A stretch of DNA of 64,000 bases from Thermoplasmata archaeon. GTDB lineage: Archaea; Thermoplasmatota; Thermoplasmata; Thermoplasmatales; ARK-15. Shown here piece after piece: positions 30,168-40,636 of the stretch. The translations under genes were made by a program, and so were the position numbers. Location: assembly GCA_039794005.1 (NCBI GenBank), contig JBAMMA010000017.1, positions 144,752 to 208,751 on the forward strand. The letters are read 5' to 3'. Positions within the stretch are counted from its first letter, which is position 1; the number at the start of each line of letters is the position of its first letter. The notes beneath the pieces were generated by a model. It was not told the origin of the DNA. It searched no databases and saw only the letters and a program-made list of their open reading frames with translations.

Positions 30168-31061
30168 TTTTAGCTCACACGATTTGCATATTTCAGAAGT
30201 TGTTGGATCCCCACATATCTTGCATTTATTCAATTTAGTATTTTTATAATTTTTTTCCAAATTCCTCTTTATTTCATCATAAAAAGAGATAATTGAATGC
30301 CTGCTCCCCGGATGTCTAGATTCCCATAGATCCACGCAGTATCTAAAATCGTTTCTCAAAGCTCTGGATGCATAAGGACATTCTCCATGGTAAAATTTGA
30401 TATTTTTTAAAATTGCATATAATAATACTTCCTTTTCTGGTATCATCCTCAATGGCTGAATTCTTGGAATTAAATCCTCTTTTATTAAATCGTGTGGTCC
30501 CAATCTTAATAATCTCTCGACATCACCCCTTACCATATTCATTACGATGCTTTGAGCTGTATCATCAAGGTTCAAACCTGTCGCAACATAATTGGCCCTT
30601 AATTCCTTTGCTGCCATGTTTATAATTTTTCTCCTGAATACACCGCAATATGTGCATGGAACCAATTCTCCATCAATTTTTGATGCCTCATCTATCGAAT
30701 AACCGATATAATCCTTTATTTTATACACATGATGTTCTACACCCAATTCTTTAACAAATTCTGATAGATATTTCAATGCAATGTCCCTATATCCCTCTAT
30801 TCCCTCATCTACAGTTATGGCTATTATTTCCACGTCCTTTCTTACAGAAAATATCTTTTTCATTAAATATAACGCTACAGATGAATCCTTACCACCTGAA
30901 ACTGCAACTGCAATTCTATCACCTTTTTTAATGTTTACCTGTTTTCTAATTTCATGTTTCACTCTTTTTTCCAAGAAGTCTATAAAATGCTCCTTGCATA
31001 AATGCTCACCATTGTATCTTATGAATATCACGGCATCCCTTTCGCATCTATCACATTTCAT
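30141..31061 (-). CDS. tRNA 2-thiolation protein (TtuA/Ncs6, TIGR00269-like)
   Basis: CDRC/HLC Zn finger, SGGKDS PP-loop, CTYCGVFRR, C-terminal CKIC...CKSC. Confidence 0.9.
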   Translation of the reverse strand: MKCDRCERDAVIFIRYNGEHLCKEHFIDFLEKRVKHEIRKQVNIKKGDRIAVAVSGGKDSSVALYLMKKIFSVRKDVEIIAITVDEGIEGYRDIALKYLSEFVKELGVEHHVYKIKDYIGYSIDEASKIDGELVPCTYCGVFRRKIINMAAKELRANYVATGLNLDDTAQSIVMNMVRGDVERLLRLGPHDLIKEDLIPRIQPLRMIPEKEVLLYAILKNIKFYHGECPYASRALRNDFRYCVDLWESRHPGSRHSIISFYDEIKRNLEKNYKNTKLNKCKICGDPTTSEICKSCELKLRLDALKH

Positions 31062-31104
31062 TAGAATTAAAAACATTAATATTTATTTATGATTTTCCAA
31101 AATT

Positions 31105-31821
31105 ATGGAAACTTCAACACCCACAGATTTCTCTAGAATGGCGGAAGAGATACAAGATTTATTAAAAATGATAGGACTAACGGATTATGAAGCAAAGGCA
31201 TTTCTGGCAGTTGTATATTTGGGAGGAAGCGATGCCGAAAATATTGCTCGTGTAGCTCAAATTCCAAGGACATCTTCTTACAAAGTTTTGGAATCATTGG
31301 AAGAAAAGGGATTAGTAATACCCGTTGAAGGGAAACCCAAGATATATAAGCCGAGAGATCTAAAAATTTTGGAGGAAGGATACGTAAGGAAGATCAAAGA
31401 TCTATTTTCATATTTGAAACTTGCCCAGGAACTTTATGGAGAGAAGGGGGAGCCTCAAATTGTATATACGCTCTATGGAAAAAACAAGGTATTGCAAAAA
31501 TTGGGAGAATTAATAGATAAAAGTGAAGAGGAAATATACCTTTCTTCACCAAGGCTTCTTGATATTAAAAAAGCACTCTCTGAAAACATAAAAAGGGCAT
31601 TGCAAAGAAACGTAGAGATTATAATTGTGACATCCAGAACACAAAGGGCCCCTGCTGGAACAAAAGTTCATTACAGAGACTTTTTGATTGCCACAGATTT
31701 TGTATCAGATAGCAAGAGGGCTTTCATTGCAGATGCAGAACTAAATGCATGTGGTTTTACAGAAAATCCAGTGTTGGCCGAACACCTCAAACATTTTATA
31801 GAAATGTTGATGCATTTATAA
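31105..31821 (+). CDS. TrmB family transcriptional regulator
   Basis: GLTDYEAKAF...IPRTSSYKVLESLEEKGLV...GKPKIY. Confidence 0.9.
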   Translation: METSTPTDFSRMAEEIQDLLKMIGLTDYEAKAFLAVVYLGGSDAENIARVAQIPRTSSYKVLESLEEKGLVIPVEGKPKIYKPRDLKILEEGYVRKIKDLFSYLKLAQELYGEKGEPQIVYTLYGKNKVLQKLGELIDKSEEEIYLSSPRLLDIKKALSENIKRALQRNVEIIIVTSRTQRAPAGTKVHYRDFLIATDFVSDSKRAFIADAELNACGFTENPVLAEHLKHFIEMLMHL

Positions 31822-31834
31822 AAATTAAAAAATT

Positions 31835-33034
31835 TTAAATTATATTTATTAACTGATATACTATGGGAGATCCTATGCCTGTTACTTCATCGTATCCTGT
31901 TGTTGCATAATAGTATCCATTATATCCGACAGTAATATCATGGAATGCTATTGAATAGTTTGCGCTGCTGTATATGTTATATAAAATATTATGAACATTC
32001 TGTCCGTTAATTGTAGTTGTCCCCTTTATTGATTGAATATCTGCGAATATTGCAGCCCACTGTGGTGCCGCTGCACTTGTTCCACCTACCACAGCCCATC
32101 CATCTATTCCTTGATATGGCGTTGTATCATAAACCCATACCCCTGTATTTGGGTTTGCATCATATGAAACATCAGGAACGCCTCTACCAGGTAATGATAT
32201 ACCAGCATTTTTCTGGTATGAAGGCTCTGCGAAGTATTTGCTTATTCCTCCTCCAGAGTCGTTCCATGCATATTCTTCTGAATATACGGCATTTGTTGAT
32301 GAAAGATCTGCTAGATAAAGTGTTGTTCCGCCTGCTCCCACAACATATGGGTCTGCAGATGGATAATCAACAGTGGGTGATGTTGTACTATCGTTTGCTC
32401 CATTATCCCCAGAAGCTCCGACAAGAATAACGCCGTGTTTTGAAGCATATTTAAAAACTGAATCATAACTAAACAGCTGTGAATTTGTTAGGAGGGATTC
32501 TGCCTCTCCCCATGACATTGATATGATGTTTGCATGAGTCACATTAACAGCATAATTAACAGCATCATTTATTAAATATGTGTTTGATGCTGATGGTGTT
32601 TCAATAAGAACGATATTTGCACCCGGTGCCATGGCATGCGCCCATTCCACATCCAACGAGGTTTCCAATGCCCAACCACCATTCTTTGAAACTTTACCAA
32701 AAGGTTGTACAACCGTTAGGTTTATTGGAGGAAGGTTGAAATATTTGTCAAAGTAATTTACGTCATTTACTATTGTTGGACTTCCATATGCGTCTATGAT
32801 TGCTATGGTTATCCCTTTACCATACGAGGCCATATATGTTCCGTTTGAAGTATACTGGTAAGATTTCCATATCTGAATGGGAATATATCCCGGATATGTT
32901 GTTGGAGTCTTTGTGGTTCCCTTTGCATTCTTATTTGATTTTTCTAAGATATACAGGAAAGGAATTGCATTTACACTGTAATGGTCTGATGTTATGGAAT
33001 AGGTCAGGGATGTTATCGAAAAGAAAATTAGCAT
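31835..33034 (-). CDS. S53 (sedolisin/kumamolisin-like) serine-carboxyl peptidase
   Basis: ETSLDVEW (Glu/Asp), SGD, VPDVS, GGTSAAAP (Ser), GYDEVTGIGSP. Confidence 0.9.
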   Translation of the reverse strand: MLIFFSITSLTYSITSDHYSVNAIPFLYILEKSNKNAKGTTKTPTTYPGYIPIQIWKSYQYTSNGTYMASYGKGITIAIIDAYGSPTIVNDVNYFDKYFNLPPINLTVVQPFGKVSKNGGWALETSLDVEWAHAMAPGANIVLIETPSASNTYLINDAVNYAVNVTHANIISMSWGEAESLLTNSQLFSYDSVFKYASKHGVILVGASGDNGANDSTTSPTVDYPSADPYVVGAGGTTLYLADLSSTNAVYSEEYAWNDSGGGISKYFAEPSYQKNAGISLPGRGVPDVSYDANPNTGVWVYDTTPYQGIDGWAVVGGTSAAAPQWAAIFADIQSIKGTTTINGQNVHNILYNIYSSANYSIAFHDITVGYNGYYYATTGYDEVTGIGSPIVYQLINII

Positions 33035-33379
33035 TGAAAAAATCGATAATACTAGGCCTTTTTAAAAAACATATTGTACATATGATAACAAATGTCATAG
33101 AAATATTTTAATATTTTTAATTTAAAATTTTATCCCTAACTCTTTATTTTTTTACGTAATATTTCTAGACTTATCGATAAATCCTGAACTAATTTTTTTG
33201 TCTTCACTGAATATCTCCTAAATTTTATAATCTTAAATTTGTAAATCTTATTCCGGATAATATTAACAAAATATCTAGCACACCATATTTCCATCCAATA
33301 TATTCAGCATTTAGAAATATAGGTATAACGATAAAAGATTTAGAAACATATATAATGATATTTTATCTCCTAAATATGT

Positions 33380-33725
33380 TAATTTGTCAATAAGTTTGTG
33401 TAAGGTAAAGGATACTTCATATCAAACATTCTCATCATATTATCCTTACATATATTGAATTCAGGAAGATATCCCCTCTATATTTATTATTTTCCCCAAT
33501 GATCCTCAGGTATATAATCTATCTAGCAGATCCTTCATCCAACAGAGAATCTATTATCTTTATTCTTCTTCTGATCTCTTTGTTCAACAGTTCTATCATA
33601 TTCGTAGATCTTATAGCTTTTCTCACCGTTTCAGATTATTTTTAGTATTTCAGGTGAAGACCCAGTATTGTTTCTATTTTGTATACTTGCTTATGACTTT
33701 GCCAAGGAGGTATCCTTTCCTTTTA
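33380..33725 (-). mobile_element. IS256-family transposase 3' remnant with degenerate terminal inverted repeat
   Basis: Minus-strand RKAIRSTNMIELLNKEIRRRIKIIDSL...SAR*IIYLR with stops; ends in TTACACAAACTTATTGACA (33385-33403), which resembles IS256 ends. Confidence 0.75.
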
Positions 33726-33749
33726 CCAAAATTTACGGATTTAAGGTTG

Positions 33750-35364
33750 AATGCTATTTTATTGTTAATTTTTTGCAAATCAATTAACCTAGCTTTTCTT
33801 TAAAATGTTCTAAAATTTGGAATATCTTATAAATAAAGAAAATTTTTTGATTCATCTCTTATCTTATCTGAAATACCAAATATTCCTATTACCTTTGAAT
33901 TATAGGCTACGATTATAAATGCTTTTCCTTTTACCTCAATATCTTTTATTAAATCTTGATAATTGAAATCAATTCCTTCATTTCCTATCATATTCAGGTT
34001 ACCAACAATTATCGTATTCTTATTATAAATGGCCTTAACACCCATTCCGGGTATATACTGAAAACTTTCAGGAAATTCTATTTTTCCCCACGAACTTCAT
34101 TTATGATTGCTTTTCCAAATAAATGTTCACCTTGTATTTCAGCTATAGCAGCCAATTTTAAAACATCTTTTTTTGAAAAATCGTTGAATGTGGATATATC
34201 TGTAATTTCCGGTTTTCCCACGGTCAATGTACCTGTTTTGTCAAGGATAACCGTATCTATCTTGCCTGCATTCTCAATGCTTTCACCATTTTTAAATATT
34301 ATACCGTTTACTGCAGCTTTACCTGATGAAACTATCAAAGCTGCGGGATTGGCAATACTGAGTGCATATGGACATGCAATTATTAAAACACTTACCAGGA
34401 CTAAAAGTGAATATGTGAGACCTATATCCCCTATAAAATAACAGAAAAAGAATGAAAAAATTCCCGTTAAAATTACTAAAGGAACAAAATATGAAGAAAC
34501 CTTATCTGCGAGCCCTTGAATTGGAACCCTCTCTGTAGTGGTTTTTTCAACAATGCTTATAATTTCTGAAAGCGTGTTTTCCACACTGGTTTTGCTTACC
34601 TTTATTTTTACTGGATTAATTATATTTAGAGTACCACCTATCACCGTATCCCCTACCCCTTTTAACACTGGAAGACTTTCTCCGGTAATCATGGACTCAT
34701 CGACCTCTGTAATCCCCTCTAAAATTTCGGAATCGGTTGGAAATCTCTCACCGGGTTTAACGAGAAGTATATCATCTTTCTTAATTTTATCTACATCGAT
34801 ATCAATTAAACTTCCATCTTTAATGAGATGTGCAACTTTAGGTTGCAATGAAATTAATTTATGAAGGGCATTCGTTGCCTTTTGTTTCATCATGTTTTCC
34901 ATAAATGTGCCCGTGAGAACCAGGGAGATTATTAATGAGGATGTATCAAAGTAAATTCCTCAAACAATAAAAAAGATGGAAAAATGTCATAATGGCACTG
35001 TATAACCCTGCGACCGTAGTACCCATGGCAATGAGTGTATCCATGTTTCCAGTTCTATTTTTATAGAATTCAAAAGGCCTTTATAAAATCTAAAACCTGG
35101 ATAAAATTGAATTATTGTTGCCAAAGCAAAAATTACATATTTTGAAAAAATAATATTTGAAAAATATGTTAAAAATAATAACGATAATGTTAATGACCAG
35201 GATAAAATTAATAAAAATTTCAATTTTTTATATTCATTATCTGGTTTTTCAAACTGTTCTTTACATTTTTCACTACAAAAATAATATTTTTTCCCGTTCC
35301 TAATACTCTTAATTGCATTTTCATTTTCTTCCACGTACATCCCGCATACAGGATCTTTTGCCAT
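33750..35364 (-). pseudogene. copA: fragmented heavy-metal (Cu+) P1B-ATPase with N-terminal YHS/TRASH domain
   Basis: Fragments 34987-35364 (DPVCGM...YFCS..C), 34078-34902 (DESMITGES, IACP, DKTGTLT) and 33827-34045; frameshifts; GDGxND end missing. Confidence 0.88.
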
Positions 35365-35365
35365 T

Positions 35366-35527
35366 TTAACATCGATGTGTTTTCTTTTCTTTTATATATT
35401 TTCCAGGATTATTATCAAACTGTTTTTTGCATGTCATGCTGCAAAAATAGTATATTTTTCAATTATATTCGCTTTTGAATTCAGAATCCTCTTTTACTTC
35501 CATTCCACATACTGGATCCTTTGCCAT
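35366..35527 (-). pseudogene. YHS/TRASH metallochaperone with in-frame stop
   Basis: MAKDPVCGMEVKEDSEFKSEYN*KIYYFCSMTCKKQFDNNPGKY; TGA at 35459-35461 where Gly is expected. Confidence 0.8.
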
Positions 35528-35721
35528 ATTTTCACCATATTTAAAATAATTAAGTAAAAATTTTTAAAACTATCATTTTACAAATGTAAAGATTTTTTAA
35601 TATAAACTTAAGATTCAATAATCTTTTATTACAAATGTTATACATATAAAAGGTAACAATCTTAAATATCAAGTTCAAAATTAAATAACAAAATTGAAAT
35701 CTTACAACATTTATATCAATC

Positions 35722-36435
35722 ATGGCAAATGAAAAAATCGCAGTAATAACAGGCTCCTCCGGTGGTATAGGCCTGGCCACGGTAAAACTATTTTTGAAAA
35801 ATAAAATAAAGGTATATGGGTTGGATATAAATCATACTAAATTAAAAAATAAAAAATTCAGGTTTATAAAATGTGATGTATCTCAAAGAGAATGTCTTGA
35901 AAATATTGAAATTCAGGAAAATATTGATATTATTGTCAATACAGCTGGATTATTATATTATGATCATCAGAAAAGGTTTGAAGAAATGATGCGGGTGAAT
36001 TTTTATGGAACCGTCAATACGATTGAAAGATTTATAGATCATATGAAGAAAAATGGCGGTAAAATCGTAAACGTTGCATCCACCGGGCCATTATTTTCAT
36101 CCACAGAAAATATCACAGATTATTCCATAACTAAATCTATGATAATAACATACACAAGGAGACTTGCCTATGAACTTGGAAAATATGGTATAAATGTTAA
36201 TGCTGTGGCACCGGGATTCATTGAAACGGGAATGACAAAAAATAATATGGATGAAATTTCATGGAAAAATAAAAGGGATGAAATCAGCAAGAAAACCGTT
36301 CTTAAAAGGATAGGATACCCTGAAGATGTTGCAGGTGTAATTCTGTTTTTATCATCCAGTTATTCAGATTACATTACAGGTCAGGTTATTGTTGTGGATG
36401 GGGGTAGAATGGATTATTTCACCCATTCACTGTAA
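35722..36435 (+). CDS. short-chain dehydrogenase/reductase
   Basis: TGSSGGIG, YSITK, NAVAPG, ITGQVIVVDGG. Confidence 0.9.
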   Translation: MANEKIAVITGSSGGIGLATVKLFLKNKIKVYGLDINHTKLKNKKFRFIKCDVSQRECLENIEIQENIDIIVNTAGLLYYDHQKRFEEMMRVNFYGTVNTIERFIDHMKKNGGKIVNVASTGPLFSSTENITDYSITKSMIITYTRRLAYELGKYGINVNAVAPGFIETGMTKNNMDEISWKNKRDEISKKTVLKRIGYPEDVAGVILFLSSSYSDYITGQVIVVDGGRMDYFTHSL

Positions 36436-36474
36436 AAACTTTAATAGAATGATTAAATATTTATTTTAGGTGAT

Positions 36475-37611
36475 TTGATGATAGCATTTCTTCCCCCTGA
36501 GATTGAAGAATTCAGAAACAGGATAAGGAAATTCTGTGAATCCTCACTTGAAAAAAATGCACAGAGATGGGATGAAAACGAAGAATATCCATTCGAATCC
36601 CTTAGGGCAATGGCAGAGGAGGGAATCCTAGGTCTTGGAATTCCAGAAGAATACGGAGGACAGGGAACAAACAGATTAAAATTGGTGATAGCAATTGAAG
36701 AAGTTGCCAGGGTAGATCCCAACAGCGCATTTATATTGGAAGTTGAAAGCCTATTCAATCAAACTTTGGTCATGCATGGAACCCATGAGCAAAAGCTCAT
36801 TTTAAAAGACATAGCATCCGGAAAGAAAATTGGAACGTTTGCTTTGACTGAGCCAACAGGCGGTACAGATGTGGCAGGAATAAAGAGCGTTGCAAAAAAG
36901 GAGAACGGAAAATATTACATCACAGGATCAAAATTTTTCATTACAAGTGCGATGGTGGCATCATATTTTATAATTTTTGCAAAGACCGCACCAGAATTAA
37001 AGGGAAAGGGTATAACAGCATTTCTTGTTGAAAAAGATACCCCAAATTTAAGGATAGGTCCTCCAATCAGGTTGACAGGTTTTAGGGGGTCAGCCATAGG
37101 CGGAATCAGATATAATAATATGCCTGTTGATGAAAAAAATGTTATTGGGAAAGAGAACGAAGGTATTAAGGTGGCTTTGTCAACGCTTGAGAAGGGGAGG
37201 GTCAATATTTCATCACTTGCATTGGGAATGTTGCAGAGAGTATACGAAGAATCGGTCAAATTTGCTTCAACAAGGAAAAGCATGGATCAGCCAATAATCA
37301 ATTATCAATATATACAGCAATATTTGACAGACATGTTGAAGGATCTGGAAGCATCCAGATTAATGGTTTATAACACTGCAATGCTAATAGATCAAAATCA
37401 AAACGTAGGAATGAATGCGGCAGCTACAAAATTATTTGTGAGCGAAGCGCTGATGAATCATGTTGTAAAATCTGTTGAAATTTTAGGTGGATATGGATAT
37501 ACACGCGGAACAGTTGTTGAAAGATTGTTCAGAGATGCACATAATACCACAATCAGCCTTGGCACATCAGAGGCTATGAGGATTGTGCTATCTAAATATT
37601 TAAAGATTTAA
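36475..37611 (+). CDS. acyl-CoA dehydrogenase
   Basis: FALTEPTGGTD, GSKFFITS, ILGGYGY, ERLFRDA. Confidence 0.92.
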   Translation: MMIAFLPPEIEEFRNRIRKFCESSLEKNAQRWDENEEYPFESLRAMAEEGILGLGIPEEYGGQGTNRLKLVIAIEEVARVDPNSAFILEVESLFNQTLVMHGTHEQKLILKDIASGKKIGTFALTEPTGGTDVAGIKSVAKKENGKYYITGSKFFITSAMVASYFIIFAKTAPELKGKGITAFLVEKDTPNLRIGPPIRLTGFRGSAIGGIRYNNMPVDEKNVIGKENEGIKVALSTLEKGRVNISSLALGMLQRVYEESVKFASTRKSMDQPIINYQYIQQYLTDMLKDLEASRLMVYNTAMLIDQNQNVGMNAAATKLFVSEALMNHVVKSVEILGGYGYTRGTVVERLFRDAHNTTISLGTSEAMRIVLSKYLKI

Positions 37612-39292
37612 GATATTTATCTTTTATTTTTAATAAATATCTATACATGTTTACCATAAGACATGTAGGTGTGTTTATTTTAATATTTCTTGACCAGACT
37701 AGTTCATCTTTTTGGTAAATTATAGGGCCGATGTAGTTCCTAGGAAGAATGTTTGCAGAATCATGAGGAACCATGTTTAAGAATTGTTCAATTATCTTTA
37801 ACCTTTCAACATCATTCGACAATCCTAAATCGATCTTCATCTTTGCAATCAAATATCCTGCTTCAAGACTAACCTTTCCTATTTCCTCCCTTGTCAACCA
37901 GAACGTTTCGTAGTTCAATGAATCAATCCAGGATTTTGAATTCTCAAGTAAATTGTAATGGTCAATAAGAGTCCTTGCAAATATTCTATATCCATACTTT
38001 TCACCCAGTTCAAAAGCTAAAGAACCTGGATCTACAAATGGCGCTATAGGGGATGTGAATGCATAAATCCATTTATTATAAGTTTTATAGAACTTTTCCA
38101 TATATTTTATGTCATTCAATACATCTTCTCTCTTTTGTTCTGATAGTCCGATTGAGAAAAATATGTCCATTTTTCTGGCATTGTGTTTTTTCGCATATTC
38201 AACTGTTTTTTCCAATGCCCTGTTATTATAAAATCTTCCCGCCTTTGCCCTGATATGCTCATTAGAGCTTTCTGGAGAAATTTCAAATGTGAATTCTGAA
38301 ACATTCCTTTCTATATTGGTATAATAGCTTTCGGGAGCAGGGTTGAACATTTCAAACATAATTGGTATGTCAATACCATTTTCCTTTATTTTTGTCAACA
38401 ATTCCTCCTCATATTTTTTACCAGCCTCATGAATATCTCCTATAATAAACGTTGGTGCTCCCAAATTTTCCTGAATTGATATTATATCTTCTATAACATT
38501 ATCAACTGGTCTATAACTTAATACTTCTCGGCCATAGAATCTTGAATATGCAAATTTTGACCCTCCACATATCGTACAATTATGATGGCACCCTTTTTGA
38601 ATATACGTCATGCCAGAAGGTGAAATAAACCAATCTGAATATGGCAAGGATGATTTTATATCCATATTTCTTATGCATGTCTTTATTAAATATTTATAAT
38701 TCAACCTAATCTCTGCGATATGTTTAGATGGAGGCTCAATTTCATTTACTTTCACCATGTTGTTTTCCCTGTAGGCAAGATTTGGTATTTTTGAAAAATC
38801 CCCTTTGCCCTGGAAAGCATCTATCAAAAGGGGAATATAAGGTTCTGTTGTATCACCAATCAAAACATAGTCTATATAGTCCAAATTTTTGATAATTTCT
38901 TGATAATAGTAAGATGCAGACAGGCCACCCAGAAGAACGGCAGAATCTGGATGGTATTTTTTTATGATTTTTGCAATGTTTAAAACGCCATGAACGTGCG
39001 GCAGCCAATGTAGATCCAAAGCATATATATCAGAATACGTTTTGCTTATTCTCTTTTCCACGTCAAAATTTTTGTCCAATAACATCTGAACCGCAATATT
39101 TTCTATCTTTGTTTTATATCCCTTCGGGATTATAGTTGAAAGAATGCTTATAAATCCTATTGGATACATTTCAAAAATAGGTGTAGATGGTATAACATCG
39201 CTAACAGGGCCGTAGTTTCTCTCTCTTTTTCTGAAATCGTAAATGGAAGGGGCATGTATTAATACAATATCGTACACGAATAAGATTAACAT
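37592..39292 (-). CDS. B12-binding domain / radical SAM protein (TIGR04190-like)
   Basis: HAPSIYDFR...SDVIPSTPIFEMYPIG, DLHWLPH, CHHNCTIC, PFVDPGS. Confidence 0.85.
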   Translation of the reverse strand: MLILFVYDIVLIHAPSIYDFRKRERNYGPVSDVIPSTPIFEMYPIGFISILSTIIPKGYKTKIENIAVQMLLDKNFDVEKRISKTYSDIYALDLHWLPHVHGVLNIAKIIKKYHPDSAVLLGGLSASYYYQEIIKNLDYIDYVLIGDTTEPYIPLLIDAFQGKGDFSKIPNLAYRENNMVKVNEIEPPSKHIAEIRLNYKYLIKTCIRNMDIKSSLPYSDWFISPSGMTYIQKGCHHNCTICGGSKFAYSRFYGREVLSYRPVDNVIEDIISIQENLGAPTFIIGDIHEAGKKYEEELLTKIKENGIDIPIMFEMFNPAPESYYTNIERNVSEFTFEISPESSNEHIRAKAGRFYNNRALEKTVEYAKKHNARKMDIFFSIGLSEQKREDVLNDIKYMEKFYKTYNKWIYAFTSPIAPFVDPGSLAFELGEKYGYRIFARTLIDHYNLLENSKSWIDSLNYETFWLTREEIGKVSLEAGYLIAKMKIDLGLSNDVERLKIIEQFLNMVPHDSANILPRNYIGPIIYQKDELVWSRNIKINTPTCLMVNMYRYLLKIKDKYLKSLNI

Positions 39293-39406
39293 TTCAAAAA
39301 TAAATAATTTTACTAAAAATCTGTTAATTTTTATTAAAAAGTCATAATACTAAAGTGTTAAAATTTTAACATTAAATTATATCTTAAATTAAAATTTTTC
39401 AATTTT

Positions 39407-40636
39407 ATGCAAAGGGAAAATTTTATTCTTATTGCTATTTTAGTTATAGCACTATTGGGATTTTTATTTGATGGTTATGATCTTTTAATCTATTCATACA
39501 CATTGCCTCAGATCATGTCATATTATAACGCAACACCATTACAAATGGGTCTTGTAGGAACGATAATGCTTTCAGGGACAATTGTTGGAGCAATAATGTT
39601 TGGCCTTGTTTCAGATTTCATAGGTAAAAGGCTTGCATTAATATTAACAATATCATTTTATAGCTTAGCAACAATATTTACAATATTTTCTCCCAACATT
39701 TTCATATTTGGAATCATGAGATTTTTATCATCGCTTGGAATTGGTGGAGAATGGGGCGTTGGATATTCAATAATTTCAGATTATTTTAAATCCAGAAAGG
39801 GATTGAGCGGAGGTATATTGCAAAGCGGTTTTTCCATAGGTGCTGTTCTGGCTATATTTGTTTCAGTATATTTTGTTTCAAACTATGGAATATATGGATG
39901 GAAATACGTATTTTTAAGTGGGGGAATTCCTGCATTGTTAATTGTACCAATAAGATTATTTATTCCCAAGGACAATGTAAAGAAAAATATAAAAAGTAAA
40001 ATAAAAATTTCAATGGAAACTAAAATTTTCCTATTTTCCTTAATATTAACATTTGGAGAATTTTTCATGGCCTACGCCACAATAATCTGGTGGCCGACAG
40101 TTTTGGAAAAGATATACAATATTAAACCCAGTCTATTTTCTGAAATATTGATATTTGCAACAATAATTCAAGTTCCAATACTCTTCTTCATCGGTTATTT
40201 GGTAGATATAATCGGAAAGAAGAAGGTGGCATTGACATTTGCAATTTTAACATTTCTGTCTTTGATATTCTGGCTAGAGGCCATGAAATATTACGGTATA
40301 CCACCAAAAAACTTATGGACATGGCCGGTCATGGAAGGATACATCCTATTCCAGGCAACTAGTCTTTTCGTAGGAGTTTTTGGAATATGGTTTTCCTCAA
40401 TATTCAATCCAAAAATCAAGGCAACATTATCCAATTTTTCATACATGTTTGGAAGGGGTGTTGGTGGAGGTCTTGCCTCAAGTGCTGTGGTTTTGTTGAT
40501 GGAATATACAATGACACCTCTTCAATTTTCAATGATTTATATTGCCATAGTGGGAGCCATAATTGCCATAACAGGAATAATCATGCTGCCGGAAAAAAGG
40601 TCATGGGAAGAAGGAAATCCTTCCCCCGGAAATTAA
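39407..40636 (+). CDS. MFS transporter
   Basis: FDGYD, SDFIGKR, GIGGEW, DIIGKK; about 12 TM segments. Confidence 0.9.
   Translation: MQRENFILIAILVIALLGFLFDGYDLLIYSYTLPQIMSYYNATPLQMGLVGTIMLSGTIVGAIMFGLVSDFIGKRLALILTISFYSLATIFTIFSPNIFIFGIMRFLSSLGIGGEWGVGYSIISDYFKSRKGLSGGILQSGFSIGAVLAIFVSVYFVSNYGIYGWKYVFLSGGIPALLIVPIRLFIPKDNVKKNIKSKIKISMETKIFLFSLILTFGEFFMAYATIIWWPTVLEKIYNIKPSLFSEILIFATIIQVPILFFIGYLVDIIGKKKVALTFAILTFLSLIFWLEAMKYYGIPPKNLWTWPVMEGYILFQATSLFVGVFGIWFSSIFNPKIKATLSNFSYMFGRGVGGGLASSAVVLLMEYTMTPLQFSMIYIAIVGAIIAITGIIMLPEKRSWEEGNPSPGN

Noticed and set aside
35459-35461. In-frame TGA in the YHS gene as selenocysteine or recoding
   Set aside because: It falls at a Gly position (likely GGA to TGA), and the adjacent copA is also broken.
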